From the IMG/VR virus record IMGVR_UViG_3300020331_000002: a stretch of DNA of 64,000 nucleotides. One strand, given 5' to 3'. The translations under genes and the position numbers were made by a program. Source of the DNA: a virus (lineage: Duplodnaviria; Caudoviricetes). A model generated the notes under the pieces. That model was not told the DNA's origin. It was given only the letters and a program-made list of their open reading frames with translations, and did not search any database. Shown piece by piece: positions 46,741 through 56,397 of the stretch; position 1 is the first letter of the stretch; the number at the start of each line of letters is the position of its first letter.

Positions 46741-47511
46741 ATGTCTAAAGTAACCTACGAAGGTCTAAACGATCTTCTTCAATTCACTCACCGTCTTGGT
46801 TTCATCCCTGCTGTTAAGCTAACAGGTACAGCGGAAGAGACTCAGGCAGCGTCTATCCTGGAAGACAAGTCTGTTGTCTTTTTTGGTAAACTGCGCACAC
46901 CAATCAGCGAACTACAGGGGCAAGTAGTAGGCCTTTCTCGTATGAACGTACTTGACGGCTTTATGCGTTATCCCGACTTTACACCGACTAAAAACGGTAC
47001 TATCTCGTTCAAGAAAGAAAACCACCCATCTCATGGTGATGTTGTTAGTGAAGTGCACTTTGAAAGTAAAGCTGGTACGACTGGTAGCTATCGTTTCGTA
47101 GGCCGTACTACAATCGAAGAACAGATTCGTGTACCGGAGTTCCGTGGCGTTAACTGGGACATTACCTACGTACCTACTAAAGAAGACTACGAAGACTTAA
47201 AATACCTAGCTGGTATCTTCGCAGCGCAAGAAGCTGTATTCATTCCTGAAATTGCAGGCGATGAACTTGTATTCAGCATCGGTACCCAAGCAAGTGACCG
47301 CACACAAATTCACCTAAACACTGGTGAACTCACTGTGGAAAACACGTTGAAAGGTAATTTGAGCTGGCCGCTAGATAAGGTACTAACTATTCTAGCTAAA
47401 GGCATGGACGCAGAGTGTAAGATGTTTATTTCTTCAGCCGGTGCGCTTAAGATTGAGATCGACACTGGTGTTGGCCTTTACGAGTACATCCTGACAGCGA
47501 AGCCTGTTTAA
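46741..47511 (+). CDS. sliding clamp-like DNA polymerase accessory protein
   Basis: position after the polymerase, 256 aa beta-rich; SD AGGAG before ATG 46741; family assignment from memory. Confidence 0.6.
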   Translation: MSKVTYEGLNDLLQFTHRLGFIPAVKLTGTAEETQAASILEDKSVVFFGKLRTPISELQGQVVGLSRMNVLDGFMRYPDFTPTKNGTISFKKENHPSHGDVVSEVHFESKAGTTGSYRFVGRTTIEEQIRVPEFRGVNWDITYVPTKEDYEDLKYLAGIFAAQEAVFIPEIAGDELVFSIGTQASDRTQIHLNTGELTVENTLKGNLSWPLDKVLTILAKGMDAECKMFISSAGALKIEIDTGVGLYEYILTAKPV

Positions 47512-47540
47512 AACAACAATAACAAACACACGAGGCTCGA

Positions 47541-49280
47541 ATGAGTAGAGAAAATCACGATTTGAGTGCCGAGTTTGATGAGCAGAATTACGCGGTCTAC
47601 TTGCCCGCGTTATCTGGCTTTTATACTCAGTCACTTGCTAAGGTTAAAGACAAACCTGAAACTATGCGTAAAGACGGTCCGCCTAAGGGATTCGAATACG
47701 GCTTTGAAGGCTTAGACTTCTTGAGAAAAGAAGACAATTACTTTAGGTACCGTTATGCGCTATACTCTGCAGGTCACGCGCAACTGGACTTAGAAAAAGC
47801 TAACGCTGATTCACCTATGGTGCACGAACGTCCAGACGATACTATTATTGTTGGCGACTCGGGCGGGTTCCAGCTTGCAACTGGCGTAATTAAAATGAAC
47901 TGGGAAAATGCGAAGTCTGCAAATGACCCAGAGCGTGAAAAGTTGTGTGAGAAAATCCTGCGTTGGCTAGAGCATACTGCTGACTGGTCAATGACGCTGG
48001 ATGTGCCGGCCCTAGCGGCAGCGCCACCACTAAACAAAAAGACTGGTTTAACAAGTTTCCAAGATACACTAGATATTACTCTGCTGAATCTTGATTACTT
48101 TATGAAGAATCGTGTACCCGGTGCGACTAAGTTCCTGAACGTGCTTTCTGGCTCCACACAAACCGATCTTAAGCGTTGGTACGACGCGGTAATAAAGTAT
48201 TCAGATCCAGAGCAGGTAAAAGCTATGGGCTATACAGAAGACCGCACACTGGAAGGCTTTGCATACGCTGGTATTAACGCACTTAATATTGGCTCTGCGC
48301 TTGAGACAACGTGTCGACTAATTGACGACGGCATGCTTAAAGAGTGTGAGTGGATTCACATACTAGGTATTGGCCGCACTGACTACGCGTGTTATATCAA
48401 CTCACTACAACGTGAACTGAATAAACACCATGCGCCTAAACTTAAGATTAGTTACGATGCGGCAAGCCCGTTTGTATCTACTGCGTATGGGCAGTTTTAC
48501 GGTGACGGCACGTACACCAAACACCGCATTGGTTACAACATGGGCAAGGCACCAGACGACAAGCGCTTAGCGTTCTGTGAAGATCGCATGCCGTGGAACA
48601 ATCCTATTATGAACCGTTGTCGTATTAATGACATCTGTGTTCGTAAGCCGGCGTATGCTGAGGTCAACGGTGAACTACTATTCCCGCGACAAAGCAAGTT
48701 TAAAGACAAGAAGAAAGCTGAGGCTGAAAACGAAGTGTTCCTAGCTGAGTTTGAAGATCAGATTAATGACTTGCGCGAAGCAGGGGTAGAAGCAACGTTT
48801 TATCCGCCAGAGCTTAATCGCCAGGATAAAGAAACACGTACTTCATGGGACATTGGTTCTTACATGATTATGATGGGTCACAACGTGTGGACACACATTG
48901 ACTCAGTAACACAAGCGATCCGCTTAGGCAAGCTTGAAGCACATAACTACCGTGATGTGTCGTGGCGCGACTGGATGCCCGGAAAGGGCAAGAGTTCAAC
49001 TAACGCTTTCGCTGAATATGTGCCCGGCTCTGTTATCTACTTTGATAGCTTGTGTCGCGACTTGTTTGATCCAGCGCGTACTAGCGAAGAACGCATGCAA
49101 ATTCTTAAAGAAGCGCAACCGTTCCTCAACACTATTAACGCACGTAACTTGGGATCGGGCAATGTGTTCGACAGCTTATTTGATATAGGCGACGAAGGCG
49201 CGACTGACCCTGAAAGCTCTTATGCTAGCCTCGATGATGAAAAGATGGTAAATCTGGAACAGCATCAAGACGACTTGTAA
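47541..49280 (+). CDS. dpdA: TGT-fold transglycosylase, DpdA-like (7-deazaguanine insertion into DNA)
   Basis: GDSGGFQ, MTLDVP, HILGIG, SYDAASPF, GHN; next to queE and the polymerase. Confidence 0.8.
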   Translation: MSRENHDLSAEFDEQNYAVYLPALSGFYTQSLAKVKDKPETMRKDGPPKGFEYGFEGLDFLRKEDNYFRYRYALYSAGHAQLDLEKANADSPMVHERPDDTIIVGDSGGFQLATGVIKMNWENAKSANDPEREKLCEKILRWLEHTADWSMTLDVPALAAAPPLNKKTGLTSFQDTLDITLLNLDYFMKNRVPGATKFLNVLSGSTQTDLKRWYDAVIKYSDPEQVKAMGYTEDRTLEGFAYAGINALNIGSALETTCRLIDDGMLKECEWIHILGIGRTDYACYINSLQRELNKHHAPKLKISYDAASPFVSTAYGQFYGDGTYTKHRIGYNMGKAPDDKRLAFCEDRMPWNNPIMNRCRINDICVRKPAYAEVNGELLFPRQSKFKDKKKAEAENEVFLAEFEDQINDLREAGVEATFYPPELNRQDKETRTSWDIGSYMIMMGHNVWTHIDSVTQAIRLGKLEAHNYRDVSWRDWMPGKGKSSTNAFAEYVPGSVIYFDSLCRDLFDPARTSEERMQILKEAQPFLNTINARNLGSGNVFDSLFDIGDEGATDPESSYASLDDEKMVNLEQHQDDL

Positions 49281-49295
49281 GAATAAAATATATTT

Positions 49296-49322
49296 AAAAA
49301 GCGCCAAACAGGCGCTTTTTTG
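49296..49322 (+). terminator. intrinsic terminator
   Basis: AAAAAGCGCC-aaaca-GGCGCTTTTTT. Confidence 0.8.
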
Positions 49323-49388
49323 TTGCAATTTTTGGTAGTTCTGCTATACTACTTAAAACCGTAGAATAAAAATTATAAGGTTGTGTAA
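49323..49388 (+). promoter_or_regulatory. sigma70 promoter with an imperfect IR to the 5'UTR
   Basis: TTGCAA-16-TATACT (TGn); AATTTTT..GTTCTGC pairs GTAGAAT-AAAAATT. Confidence 0.65.
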
Positions 49389-50294
49389 ATGTCTAAAGAA
49401 TATAGATATACTGAAATTTTTAGAAGTTTGCAGGGTGAAGGCATGTACACCGGCGCTAACACCGCTTGGTTACGTTTCTTTATGTGTAACTTGGAGTGCC
49501 GTGGTTTCGGACAACCGGAGCCAGCTAATCCAGAGTCTTACTACCCTGTGGGCCAGACTATTGATATCACTGATATCACTAGCTTAGATGATGTACCGGT
49601 ACATGAGTACGGTTGCGACAGTGCTTACTCTGTTGCCAAGCAGTACAGAAACCTTGCTATGAAAGGTACTGCTGCTGAAATTGCGGACAAGATAACTGCG
49701 ATGCTGGCCAATGACTTTAATCCAGATGGGTTGTTTTTAAATCCGCATACTGGCTTAGACACGCATATGGCATTTACTGGTGGCGAGCCCATGATGCAAC
49801 AACCAGCCATAATCGAGATTATGGAAGAGTTTAATCGCAGAAGTAATCCTATCCGTTACATGACTATTGAGACCAATGGTACACGTAACTTGAACGGGAA
49901 GTTTGGGTCTTATATTGCGGAGCAACTTCTCTGTTCAGAATTACAAGAAGTGTTCTGGTCAATTAGTCCTAAACTAAAGCACGTATCGGGCGAGGATCTT
50001 GAAAAAGCGATCAAGCCAGCAGTGTTGGCAGCTTACGCTGATACGTACGATCACGGACAATTAAAGTTCGTGTTAAACAACGATCCCACAGCATGGCGTG
50101 AGTTGCACTCGGCAATTAAAAAGTTCCGTGATGTTGGTGTCGATTGGCCTGTATACATTATGCCGGTTGGTGGTCTTAAAGAAGATCAAGAATGTGACGC
50201 AACACGTAGAGTAGTTGAACGCGCATTATACGAAGGGTTCCATGTCAGTGGGCGCTTGCATGCGCACATCTTTGGTAATGAACACAACACGTAA
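49389..50294 (+). CDS. queE: 7-carboxy-7-deazaguanine synthase (radical SAM)
   Basis: EIFRSLQGEG, WLRF..CNLEC...GCDS, FTGGEP, IETNGT, SPKL, LHAHIFGN. Confidence 0.92.
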   Translation: MSKEYRYTEIFRSLQGEGMYTGANTAWLRFFMCNLECRGFGQPEPANPESYYPVGQTIDITDITSLDDVPVHEYGCDSAYSVAKQYRNLAMKGTAAEIADKITAMLANDFNPDGLFLNPHTGLDTHMAFTGGEPMMQQPAIIEIMEEFNRRSNPIRYMTIETNGTRNLNGKFGSYIAEQLLCSELQEVFWSISPKLKHVSGEDLEKAIKPAVLAAYADTYDHGQLKFVLNNDPTAWRELHSAIKKFRDVGVDWPVYIMPVGGLKEDQECDATRRVVERALYEGFHVSGRLHAHIFGNEHNT

Positions 50295-50307
50295 TAAGGA
50301 CGAGGAC

Positions 50308-50514
50308 ATGGCCATGTTTTACGACGATGTTAGCTATGATGTGCTTAGCGAGTCAGGCGGCAGAATTGACTGGCTCGAGGAAGACTTAGAAAAAGCAGAG
50401 GAGCGAAATAAAAAGCTCTTGGAAAAATTAGAGTTTATATTGGAGAACTCTGAAGAAGCCCGCGGCCTGGCAAACGTCTGGGACGCCTCGATCAAAATAC
50501 AGAAAGGTGGTTAA
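50308..50514 (+). CDS. hypothetical coiled-coil protein
   Basis: SD GAGGA before ATG 50308. Confidence 0.7.
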   Translation: MAMFYDDVSYDVLSESGGRIDWLEEDLEKAEERNKKLLEKLEFILENSEEARGLANVWDASIKIQKGG

Positions 50515-50515
50515 C

Positions 50516-50668
50516 ATGATGTTCGAAGAAGATGGTCCTGACACTGTTTTTAAAGGTAGTAAATCAAATCACGACCTTGAAGAAGAGAACCGGGAGTTGA
50601 AAGCACAACTCGACGCACTTACTGAGAGACTCGATAAGCTCGAAGAGAGGATTCAAAATGAACGATGA
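50516..50668 (+). CDS. 50-aa coiled-coil protein (not in ORF track)
   Basis: SD AAGG; LEEENRELKAQLDALTERLDKLEE. Confidence 0.65.
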   Translation: MMFEEDGPDTVFKGSKSNHDLEEENRELKAQLDALTERLDKLEERIQNER

Positions 50669-51023
50669 TGACGTTTTCAAACCCGGTGATATCTGGAAAA
50701 GATCACTGCAAAAAGCAAGTGATAAGTATGACCCGTGGGCGGACCAGCGTGCCGCCGACTATATGTCAGAAACCATAAGAAAACAGCGAGATAACGATTT
50801 TAGGGATTTCCTGTTACACGGTTTATACAAGTCTGAGGAAAGCGCTGCTACCAAACGCGTCAAAGAAGCAGAAGAGCGCTACCAACGCCTGCACCGTGAT
50901 TTAAAAGACCTTCTGGATATGTGCCCAGAAGCGCAGGACGCTTGGAATAAGCTAATGGGAATCAGACGTTTACAAGGCGAGGACGAGTACAATGACAGTA
51001 TATCCAAAAGATCCGGAGGTTAA
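50658..51023 (+). CDS. hypothetical protein
   Basis: SD GAGGA. Confidence 0.75.
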   Translation: MNDDDVFKPGDIWKRSLQKASDKYDPWADQRAADYMSETIRKQRDNDFRDFLLHGLYKSEESAATKRVKEAEERYQRLHRDLKDLLDMCPEAQDAWNKLMGIRRLQGEDEYNDSISKRSGG

Positions 51024-51312
51024 GCCGGGCCCAAGTATCGGAGGCTACATTAACGTGCTCGGCTTCATTAAAAGTTACGGTAATGAATTCGGCATTGCTG
51101 ATTACATAAAATCCGTAGAAGATCAACAAAAGCCTGCTATGATAGCAATCAAAAAGGCTTGCGCCAAGTTTATCCCTGTTCTTAAAAACGAAAACCGTTT
51201 TTACACAGACTGGGCAGCTTACGTGATTGGTAAGAAACAACACATTCGGACTGTATCAACTGATAAAGCTCTTCAATCAGCGTTTCAGTACATGGATAGT
51301 TTTGATGGATGA
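50992..51312 (+). CDS. hypothetical protein
   Basis: SD GAGGA..GAG. Confidence 0.7.
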   Translation: MTVYPKDPEVKPGPSIGGYINVLGFIKSYGNEFGIADYIKSVEDQQKPAMIAIKKACAKFIPVLKNENRFYTDWAAYVIGKKQHIRTVSTDKALQSAFQYMDSFDG

Positions 51313-51595
51313 TAAACATGTAGAGCGATATACTCGTTTAGTCGAATGGTTTGCGAGTCGCTACCGTATTTGCCAGTATAACCGCAACAACCTTATAGCC
51401 TTTCAGATATGGTCGTTGTCGCACCTAGAGCACGAACAATGTCTTACTAATGCTGTGGCTGTATCACGCGAAGCTAGTGTTTTAGAGAAACAAGCTAAGA
51501 AGACTAAATGCGAAAGAGTATCTCCCTTTTGGGCAGAAAGACGTGTTCTTACCGCACTATTCAGGAGGTTTTTAGAAAAGTATGGCAACAAATAA
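51305..51595 (+). CDS. hypothetical protein
   Basis: start at MDDKHVE, overlaps the upstream stop. Confidence 0.65.
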   Translation: MDDKHVERYTRLVEWFASRYRICQYNRNNLIAFQIWSLSHLEHEQCLTNAVAVSREASVLEKQAKKTKCERVSPFWAERRVLTALFRRFLEKYGNK

Positions 51596-51788
51596 TATAG
51601 GCGAGGCCCAACGTATCCGACATGAAAAAGCCATCTTTGACACTGCGCGTGAGCTGCTAATCGGTTACACCCGAAGCGGTAAGATTGCTGTTCCGATGCA
51701 GGTCGAAGAGATTTACGATAGTGCGGTAGTGCTGCACAAAAAATTCCAAGATAAATTGGAAGAAAGTGAGGACTGGAGAGATGACTAA
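51582..51788 (+). CDS. hypothetical protein
   Basis: SD GGAGG. Confidence 0.7.
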   Translation: MATNNIGEAQRIRHEKAIFDTARELLIGYTRSGKIAVPMQVEEIYDSAVVLHKKFQDKLEESEDWRDD

Positions 51789-52011
51789 GAAAGCATTCCA
51801 ACCGGCTGCGCCAATAATGAGTGTTGATATGGCGCTAGGCGAAGCACCGGGCCTAAATAAATTAGAGATATTTACTCTTCACATTGCTAGTGGATTGACT
51901 TCTGCGAACCAGCAAGCAATCAATAACATGGCAGCTAGGCAAATAGTAGCCAGCGCGGTTAATTTATTAAATGCTGTAGAAGAAAAAGAAAAAGAACTAC
52001 GAGGCGAATAA
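51781..52011 (+). CDS. hypothetical protein
   Basis: SD GGAG; GLNKLEIF motif. Confidence 0.7.
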   Translation: MTKKAFQPAAPIMSVDMALGEAPGLNKLEIFTLHIASGLTSANQQAINNMAARQIVASAVNLLNAVEEKEKELRGE

Positions 52012-52012
52012 C

Positions 52013-52546
52013 ATGGGATTATTTTGGCTGTGGCCAAGACATTGGGGATTGCGCGGCCGCGACAGAAAAGAAGCACGTATTAGATACAATGCTAAGTCTG
52101 ACTACGATGCTGAACTGGAAATCATTAAATTGGATTTCCCGCAATTGTTTGATGAGAATCTCGAACAAGACGAGGACGAAGACTTCATCGCAGCTGAACA
52201 ACGTGCGTATGACGAAGCTGTTCTTGACGTGCAACTGAAGCACGGCAAGATACGCAAGAAGGAATACGACGAAAAAATGAAAGACATGTCGGGTGAAGGC
52301 TGGGTTAAAGTAGTCGGGGTAGAGTATAACCCTGATAAACCCGAGCAAGCAGGCATGGTGCTGGACTATAACGAGCAGTTTGTTATAGACTTACGGGCAG
52401 CCGGTTACGAAGGCCAAACAGATGACGATGTAGTGTCACAATGGCTGGACCATTTATTCCTTAGTTCTCTTGTAGAGGACGTTGATTTGGAAATCGCAAG
52501 CGACATAAAAACACAACTAGAAGCCGCTAGACGGGGGAAACGATGA
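52013..52546 (+). CDS. acidic hypothetical protein
   Basis: 177 aa; SD GAGG. Confidence 0.75.
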   Translation: MGLFWLWPRHWGLRGRDRKEARIRYNAKSDYDAELEIIKLDFPQLFDENLEQDEDEDFIAAEQRAYDEAVLDVQLKHGKIRKKEYDEKMKDMSGEGWVKVVGVEYNPDKPEQAGMVLDYNEQFVIDLRAAGYEGQTDDDVVSQWLDHLFLSSLVEDVDLEIASDIKTQLEAARRGKR

Positions 52547-53547
52547 GCAAAAAGAGACTTTACATACTCGTAGACACTATGAACATGGCGTTCAGGGCAC
52601 GACACGGTGGTAGCAAAGCTGCCGACATTGATCAACAAATCGGTATGAGCATGCATATTATGCTGACTTCTATCGCGTCCTGTGTGCACCGCTTCGGGCA
52701 AGACACAGAAGCAAGGGTAGTGTTCAACTTCGAGGGGAAGTCCTGGCGTAAGAAGGTTAGTGCGCAATACAAAGCAAACCGTGACTTAAAGAAACTAGAA
52801 CGTACACCGCGTGAAGTGGAAGAAGACGAATTGTTTATCGAAGCAGTAGAAAGCTTCAAGGAGTTTGTCACCGAAAAGACTAACGCGATTTGTCTTCAAC
52901 ACGACGAGCTAGAAGCCGATGACTTTATTGCATTCTGGATTCAGCACCACCCGGATGATGATCACATCATAGTAAGTACCGATTCTGACTATAAACAGCT
53001 TATTGCCGAGAATGTTGATTTGTTCGACGGTGTTCGTGACTATTTGTACACAATAGACGGCGTGTTTGACAACAAGGGCCGACCGGTAGAAAAGAAAGGT
53101 GTGCCACTTACTGTTGAACCCGAATACGAATTGTTTATGAAGTGCATACGCGGCGACAAGTCAGACAATATCTTTTCTGCATACCCGGGCGTCAGAGAAA
53201 AAGGCACCAAGAACAAAGTGGGTATCCGTGAGGCTTTTGAAGACCGTCACGACAAGGGTTACAACTATAACAACTTCATGTTACAACGTTGGACAAATCA
53301 CGAGGGCGAGGAAGTAAGAGTAAAAGACGCTTACGCCATGAACCGTCTTTTAATTGACCTAACTGCGCAGCCTGAAGAGTACAAAGTCAAAGGCGCGATT
53401 ACCATTGAAAATGCCAAGAATGCCGAGCCAATCCCGGCTGCATCAATTGGTTTTAACTTCATGAAGTTCTGTCAAATGTGGGCACTAAACCGCATTGGTG
53501 AGAAAACAGACTTCTTTGCTGGATTGCTGAGCAAAGGCTACCAGTAA
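52543..53547 (+). CDS. rnh: 5'-3' exonuclease / T4-type RNase H (PIN + H3TH)
   Basis: ILVDTMN, EADD, VSTDSD, GDKSDNI. Confidence 0.9.
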   Translation: MSKKRLYILVDTMNMAFRARHGGSKAADIDQQIGMSMHIMLTSIASCVHRFGQDTEARVVFNFEGKSWRKKVSAQYKANRDLKKLERTPREVEEDELFIEAVESFKEFVTEKTNAICLQHDELEADDFIAFWIQHHPDDDHIIVSTDSDYKQLIAENVDLFDGVRDYLYTIDGVFDNKGRPVEKKGVPLTVEPEYELFMKCIRGDKSDNIFSAYPGVREKGTKNKVGIREAFEDRHDKGYNYNNFMLQRWTNHEGEEVRVKDAYAMNRLLIDLTAQPEEYKVKGAITIENAKNAEPIPAASIGFNFMKFCQMWALNRIGEKTDFFAGLLSKGYQ

Positions 53548-53557
53548 ACTTTTCCAT

Positions 53558-53563
53558 TAAATA
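53558..53563 (+). promoter_or_regulatory. late promoter core TAAATA
   Basis: 32 nt upstream of ATG 53596. Confidence 0.5.
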
Positions 53564-53595
53564 CATACCTATAATAAAAACAATAAAGGTACACA

Positions 53596-54108
53596 ATGAC
53601 AAGCAAGTTTTATCAAGTTGAAGAAAATGCGTTAATGGTTGTTGACGGTGAAGAAACCCGTCTTATTGTCGAAAACCCAGGCATCGGTCTCGTGTTTATG
53701 GGCAATGACTCTGTTGAGATGTACAACGACCGAACATCCTTTACAAAGGCAACTGGTGTGGAACTAAACAACGTTCGCACTAAAACGCTTCCTGAAAAGT
53801 CTCAGCTGTATATTCGCGGCGTTAAAATGCCTGCTACTGGCGAATTTTATCTACCAACGCCTGAATATGCAAATAAATATAACTTGCCGTTATTTAGGAA
53901 AAACGAAGTTACCGACATCCACTTTGTTGCGGGTATCTACTTGCTTAAAGAAGGTGAGGGCAAAGTAACGCCTAAAGATACCCCGAAATTAGACACGCTA
54001 CTTGACGCGGCTGAAGGATACGAAGGCCCGTTTAAAGATATGCGCAAAGCTCGTGATAGAGCGATGGTTCTACGAAAAGAATACAAAAAAAGGACTAGAA
54101 ACACATGA
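53596..54108 (+). CDS. hypothetical protein
   Basis: SD AAAGG. Confidence 0.75.
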   Translation: MTSKFYQVEENALMVVDGEETRLIVENPGIGLVFMGNDSVEMYNDRTSFTKATGVELNNVRTKTLPEKSQLYIRGVKMPATGEFYLPTPEYANKYNLPLFRKNEVTDIHFVAGIYLLKEGEGKVTPKDTPKLDTLLDAAEGYEGPFKDMRKARDRAMVLRKEYKKRTRNT

Positions 54109-54329
54109 ATAAGATTGTAGTATATACCAAAGACAACTGTAAATTCTGCACCAGAGCCAAAGAGCTACTGGAGTCACGTGGATTAGAATATGATGAAATC
54201 AGTTTTAATGATCCAGACGTGTTAGCAGAGTTCAAAGAAAAGTATCCAATGGCGCGTACTGCACCTCAGATCCTTATCGACGGTGAGCGCATCGGCGGAC
54301 ACACTGAACTGGTTCAGCTATTGGGCTAA
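54105..54329 (+). CDS. grxC: glutaredoxin
   Basis: CKFC, TAPQI, IGGHTEL. Confidence 0.92.
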   Translation: MNKIVVYTKDNCKFCTRAKELLESRGLEYDEISFNDPDVLAEFKEKYPMARTAPQILIDGERIGGHTELVQLLG

Positions 54330-54332
54330 TTA

Positions 54333-56006
54333 ATGACAATACGTGATGCTATAACAACGCATACGAGCAAGCCGGGCGATGCGTGGGCGAGATCTAATAT
54401 CTTACCTACGAAGCCTGGCTTCGTTCTTTTTATGCACGACTCAAAACCAGACCTCGAACACCTTGACTTCAGACATGCCAATGTAACACTGAAGGCAGGT
54501 CACCACCTTAAACCAGACAAACATGGCCACCGAGCTTTATCCGCCGCCTGCGGACAGTACGGCACAGCTTGTGATATAGACGTTGACTTCTACGCATTTG
54601 ACCGTAACAGTATTACTGAACTGATCGCGTCGTTTGAGATGTTAGTTCGTGATGCGGTGAGCGACCCAAGACGAGTTGCGGTTTCTGTTAACTGGCAAAT
54701 CACCGACGCAGTGTACGCAGAAAATGCAGATCGTTTAGACTACTGTTTTCGCACGCTTGCTGACGCCAATGTACCTGTATTTGTCGCAGCCGGTAACATG
54801 GGGACTGACCTTGTCATATACCCGTGTAACCACAAATCAGTAATAATCACAGGCTCTCATGACAAAGACGGTATGATAAGCCTGTTTAATAACACGCCTG
54901 AATTAATACGAGTGTTTGCGCTAGGCAAGGATGTTCGTGTCGCGTCCTTAGACAGCCGTACAGGGTACACAACTGATAGTGGTACTAGCTTTAGTAATTC
55001 AGCAGTGGCTGCGGCTATGGCTTACTACGATACCGTAGACGAGTTGTTGGCTGCATCGATACAAAATACGTTGAACTGGAAACGAGCTAGCCTTAACAAA
55101 CTAACATCCAGAGCATTGTTTTGTGGTGATCTTGATAGAACACGATCAGTCAATAACGTAACACATGGCAACACTGAACTCAAATACGAGGACGGCCTGC
55201 AGATTATCGTACACGACTTCAACACACGTAACTATTCAAGTGATAAGACGCATGTTGAATACTGTGTTGAACACATAAACGAAAAGCTTGCTGGCGAAAA
55301 CGTTTGGATACCTATGTCTGGCGGCCTTGATAGTGAGTATGTGATGCACTGTGCTCTGCAATCAGAAGCAAGAGTGCGCCCTGTAATTATGCGGTACATG
55401 TCTGATTTCGGTAAGCCGCTTAATGAATACGACTACAAGAACGCCATAGCCTACTGTGAAGCAAACAACTTAGAACCACGATTTATTGATGCAAAGATAC
55501 GTGAATTGTTTGATAACGGTGAGTACTGGTATTTTGTTAAGAAGTTTATTACCCGTAGCCCGCAACTCGCAGCGCACCTGTGGATGATCAATCAACTAGA
55601 TGCCAACTGTATATTACCGGGCGACCCACTAACGTTACACGGTTCTGGCAACATAGGCATACAACCGTATGACTATTACTGCTATGACAGGATGTTTCAT
55701 AGTAAGCATATGACGAGCAGTATAGCTAGGCTACACACTGCATCGGGCAACATAGTTAAAAAGAGTTTAGAAATTACGGCAAGCTTGGATCCTGCAATGG
55801 CGCCTGCAGAAAGAAAGCATGCGTTCTATTCTCGTTGTGGTATGCCTGATACCGCGCCACGGATTAAGTACACTGGCTTCGAAAAAGTGCGTGAGGAGTA
55901 CGACAAAAAGTACAGCGCAATAGATTATTTTAATCGCAAGTTTAGGATGCCAGCAAAGCACCTTCACACCTACGGGAGTAAGTTTTTCTATGACGGACTT
56001 GACTAA
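54333..56006 (+). CDS. fusion: N-terminal subtilisin-like S8 peptidase plus C-terminal PP-loop (adenine nucleotide alpha-hydrolase-like) domain
   Basis: HDS / HGH / VAAGN / SGTSFS triad elements; then PMSGGLDSE. Confidence 0.75.
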   Translation: MTIRDAITTHTSKPGDAWARSNILPTKPGFVLFMHDSKPDLEHLDFRHANVTLKAGHHLKPDKHGHRALSAACGQYGTACDIDVDFYAFDRNSITELIASFEMLVRDAVSDPRRVAVSVNWQITDAVYAENADRLDYCFRTLADANVPVFVAAGNMGTDLVIYPCNHKSVIITGSHDKDGMISLFNNTPELIRVFALGKDVRVASLDSRTGYTTDSGTSFSNSAVAAAMAYYDTVDELLAASIQNTLNWKRASLNKLTSRALFCGDLDRTRSVNNVTHGNTELKYEDGLQIIVHDFNTRNYSSDKTHVEYCVEHINEKLAGENVWIPMSGGLDSEYVMHCALQSEARVRPVIMRYMSDFGKPLNEYDYKNAIAYCEANNLEPRFIDAKIRELFDNGEYWYFVKKFITRSPQLAAHLWMINQLDANCILPGDPLTLHGSGNIGIQPYDYYCYDRMFHSKHMTSSIARLHTASGNIVKKSLEITASLDPAMAPAERKHAFYSRCGMPDTAPRIKYTGFEKVREEYDKKYSAIDYFNRKFRMPAKHLHTYGSKFFYDGLD

Positions 56007-56397
56007 AGAAAAGGTATACGAGTTACTAAGCGGAGAAAACGATTTCAGTATTTTTGCCAGTCAGGATTCTTGGTTATTAACACCCGCAGCGTTTCGTGCG
56101 TTGCGGGAGAAGATAACAGCATATAAGCTGGAGTCAGATCCTAGTATGATGCTGATTAATCGTGATGTGATACGCTTATCGCGCACAATGCGCGAGCCGT
56201 ATTATATCCAGTACCCTAATGACAAGCGTAGAACAGTGTCATATGGCAGACGCAACGGCAAATTAGCTAGGATATATTCTGGTGTTGATGATAATGAAAA
56301 GCAAAGCGCCGTGGTGTGGGTGTTCAACTTTAATATGGCAGCAACGGCAAAAGTAATGGGCGATTTCCGCCCATTACTTGATCAATTAGACTATTGA
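55990..56397 (+). CDS. hypothetical protein
   Basis: 135 aa; last + strand gene before the strand switch. Confidence 0.65.
   Translation: MTDLTKEKVYELLSGENDFSIFASQDSWLLTPAAFRALREKITAYKLESDPSMMLINRDVIRLSRTMREPYYIQYPNDKRRTVSYGRRNGKLARIYSGVDDNEKQSAVVWVFNFNMAATAKVMGDFRPLLDQLDY

Noticed and set aside
55300-56006. Calling the PP-loop domain QueC
   Set aside because: SGGLDS is shared by many PP-loop enzymes, and the C-terminal Zn-binding Cys cluster of QueC is absent.
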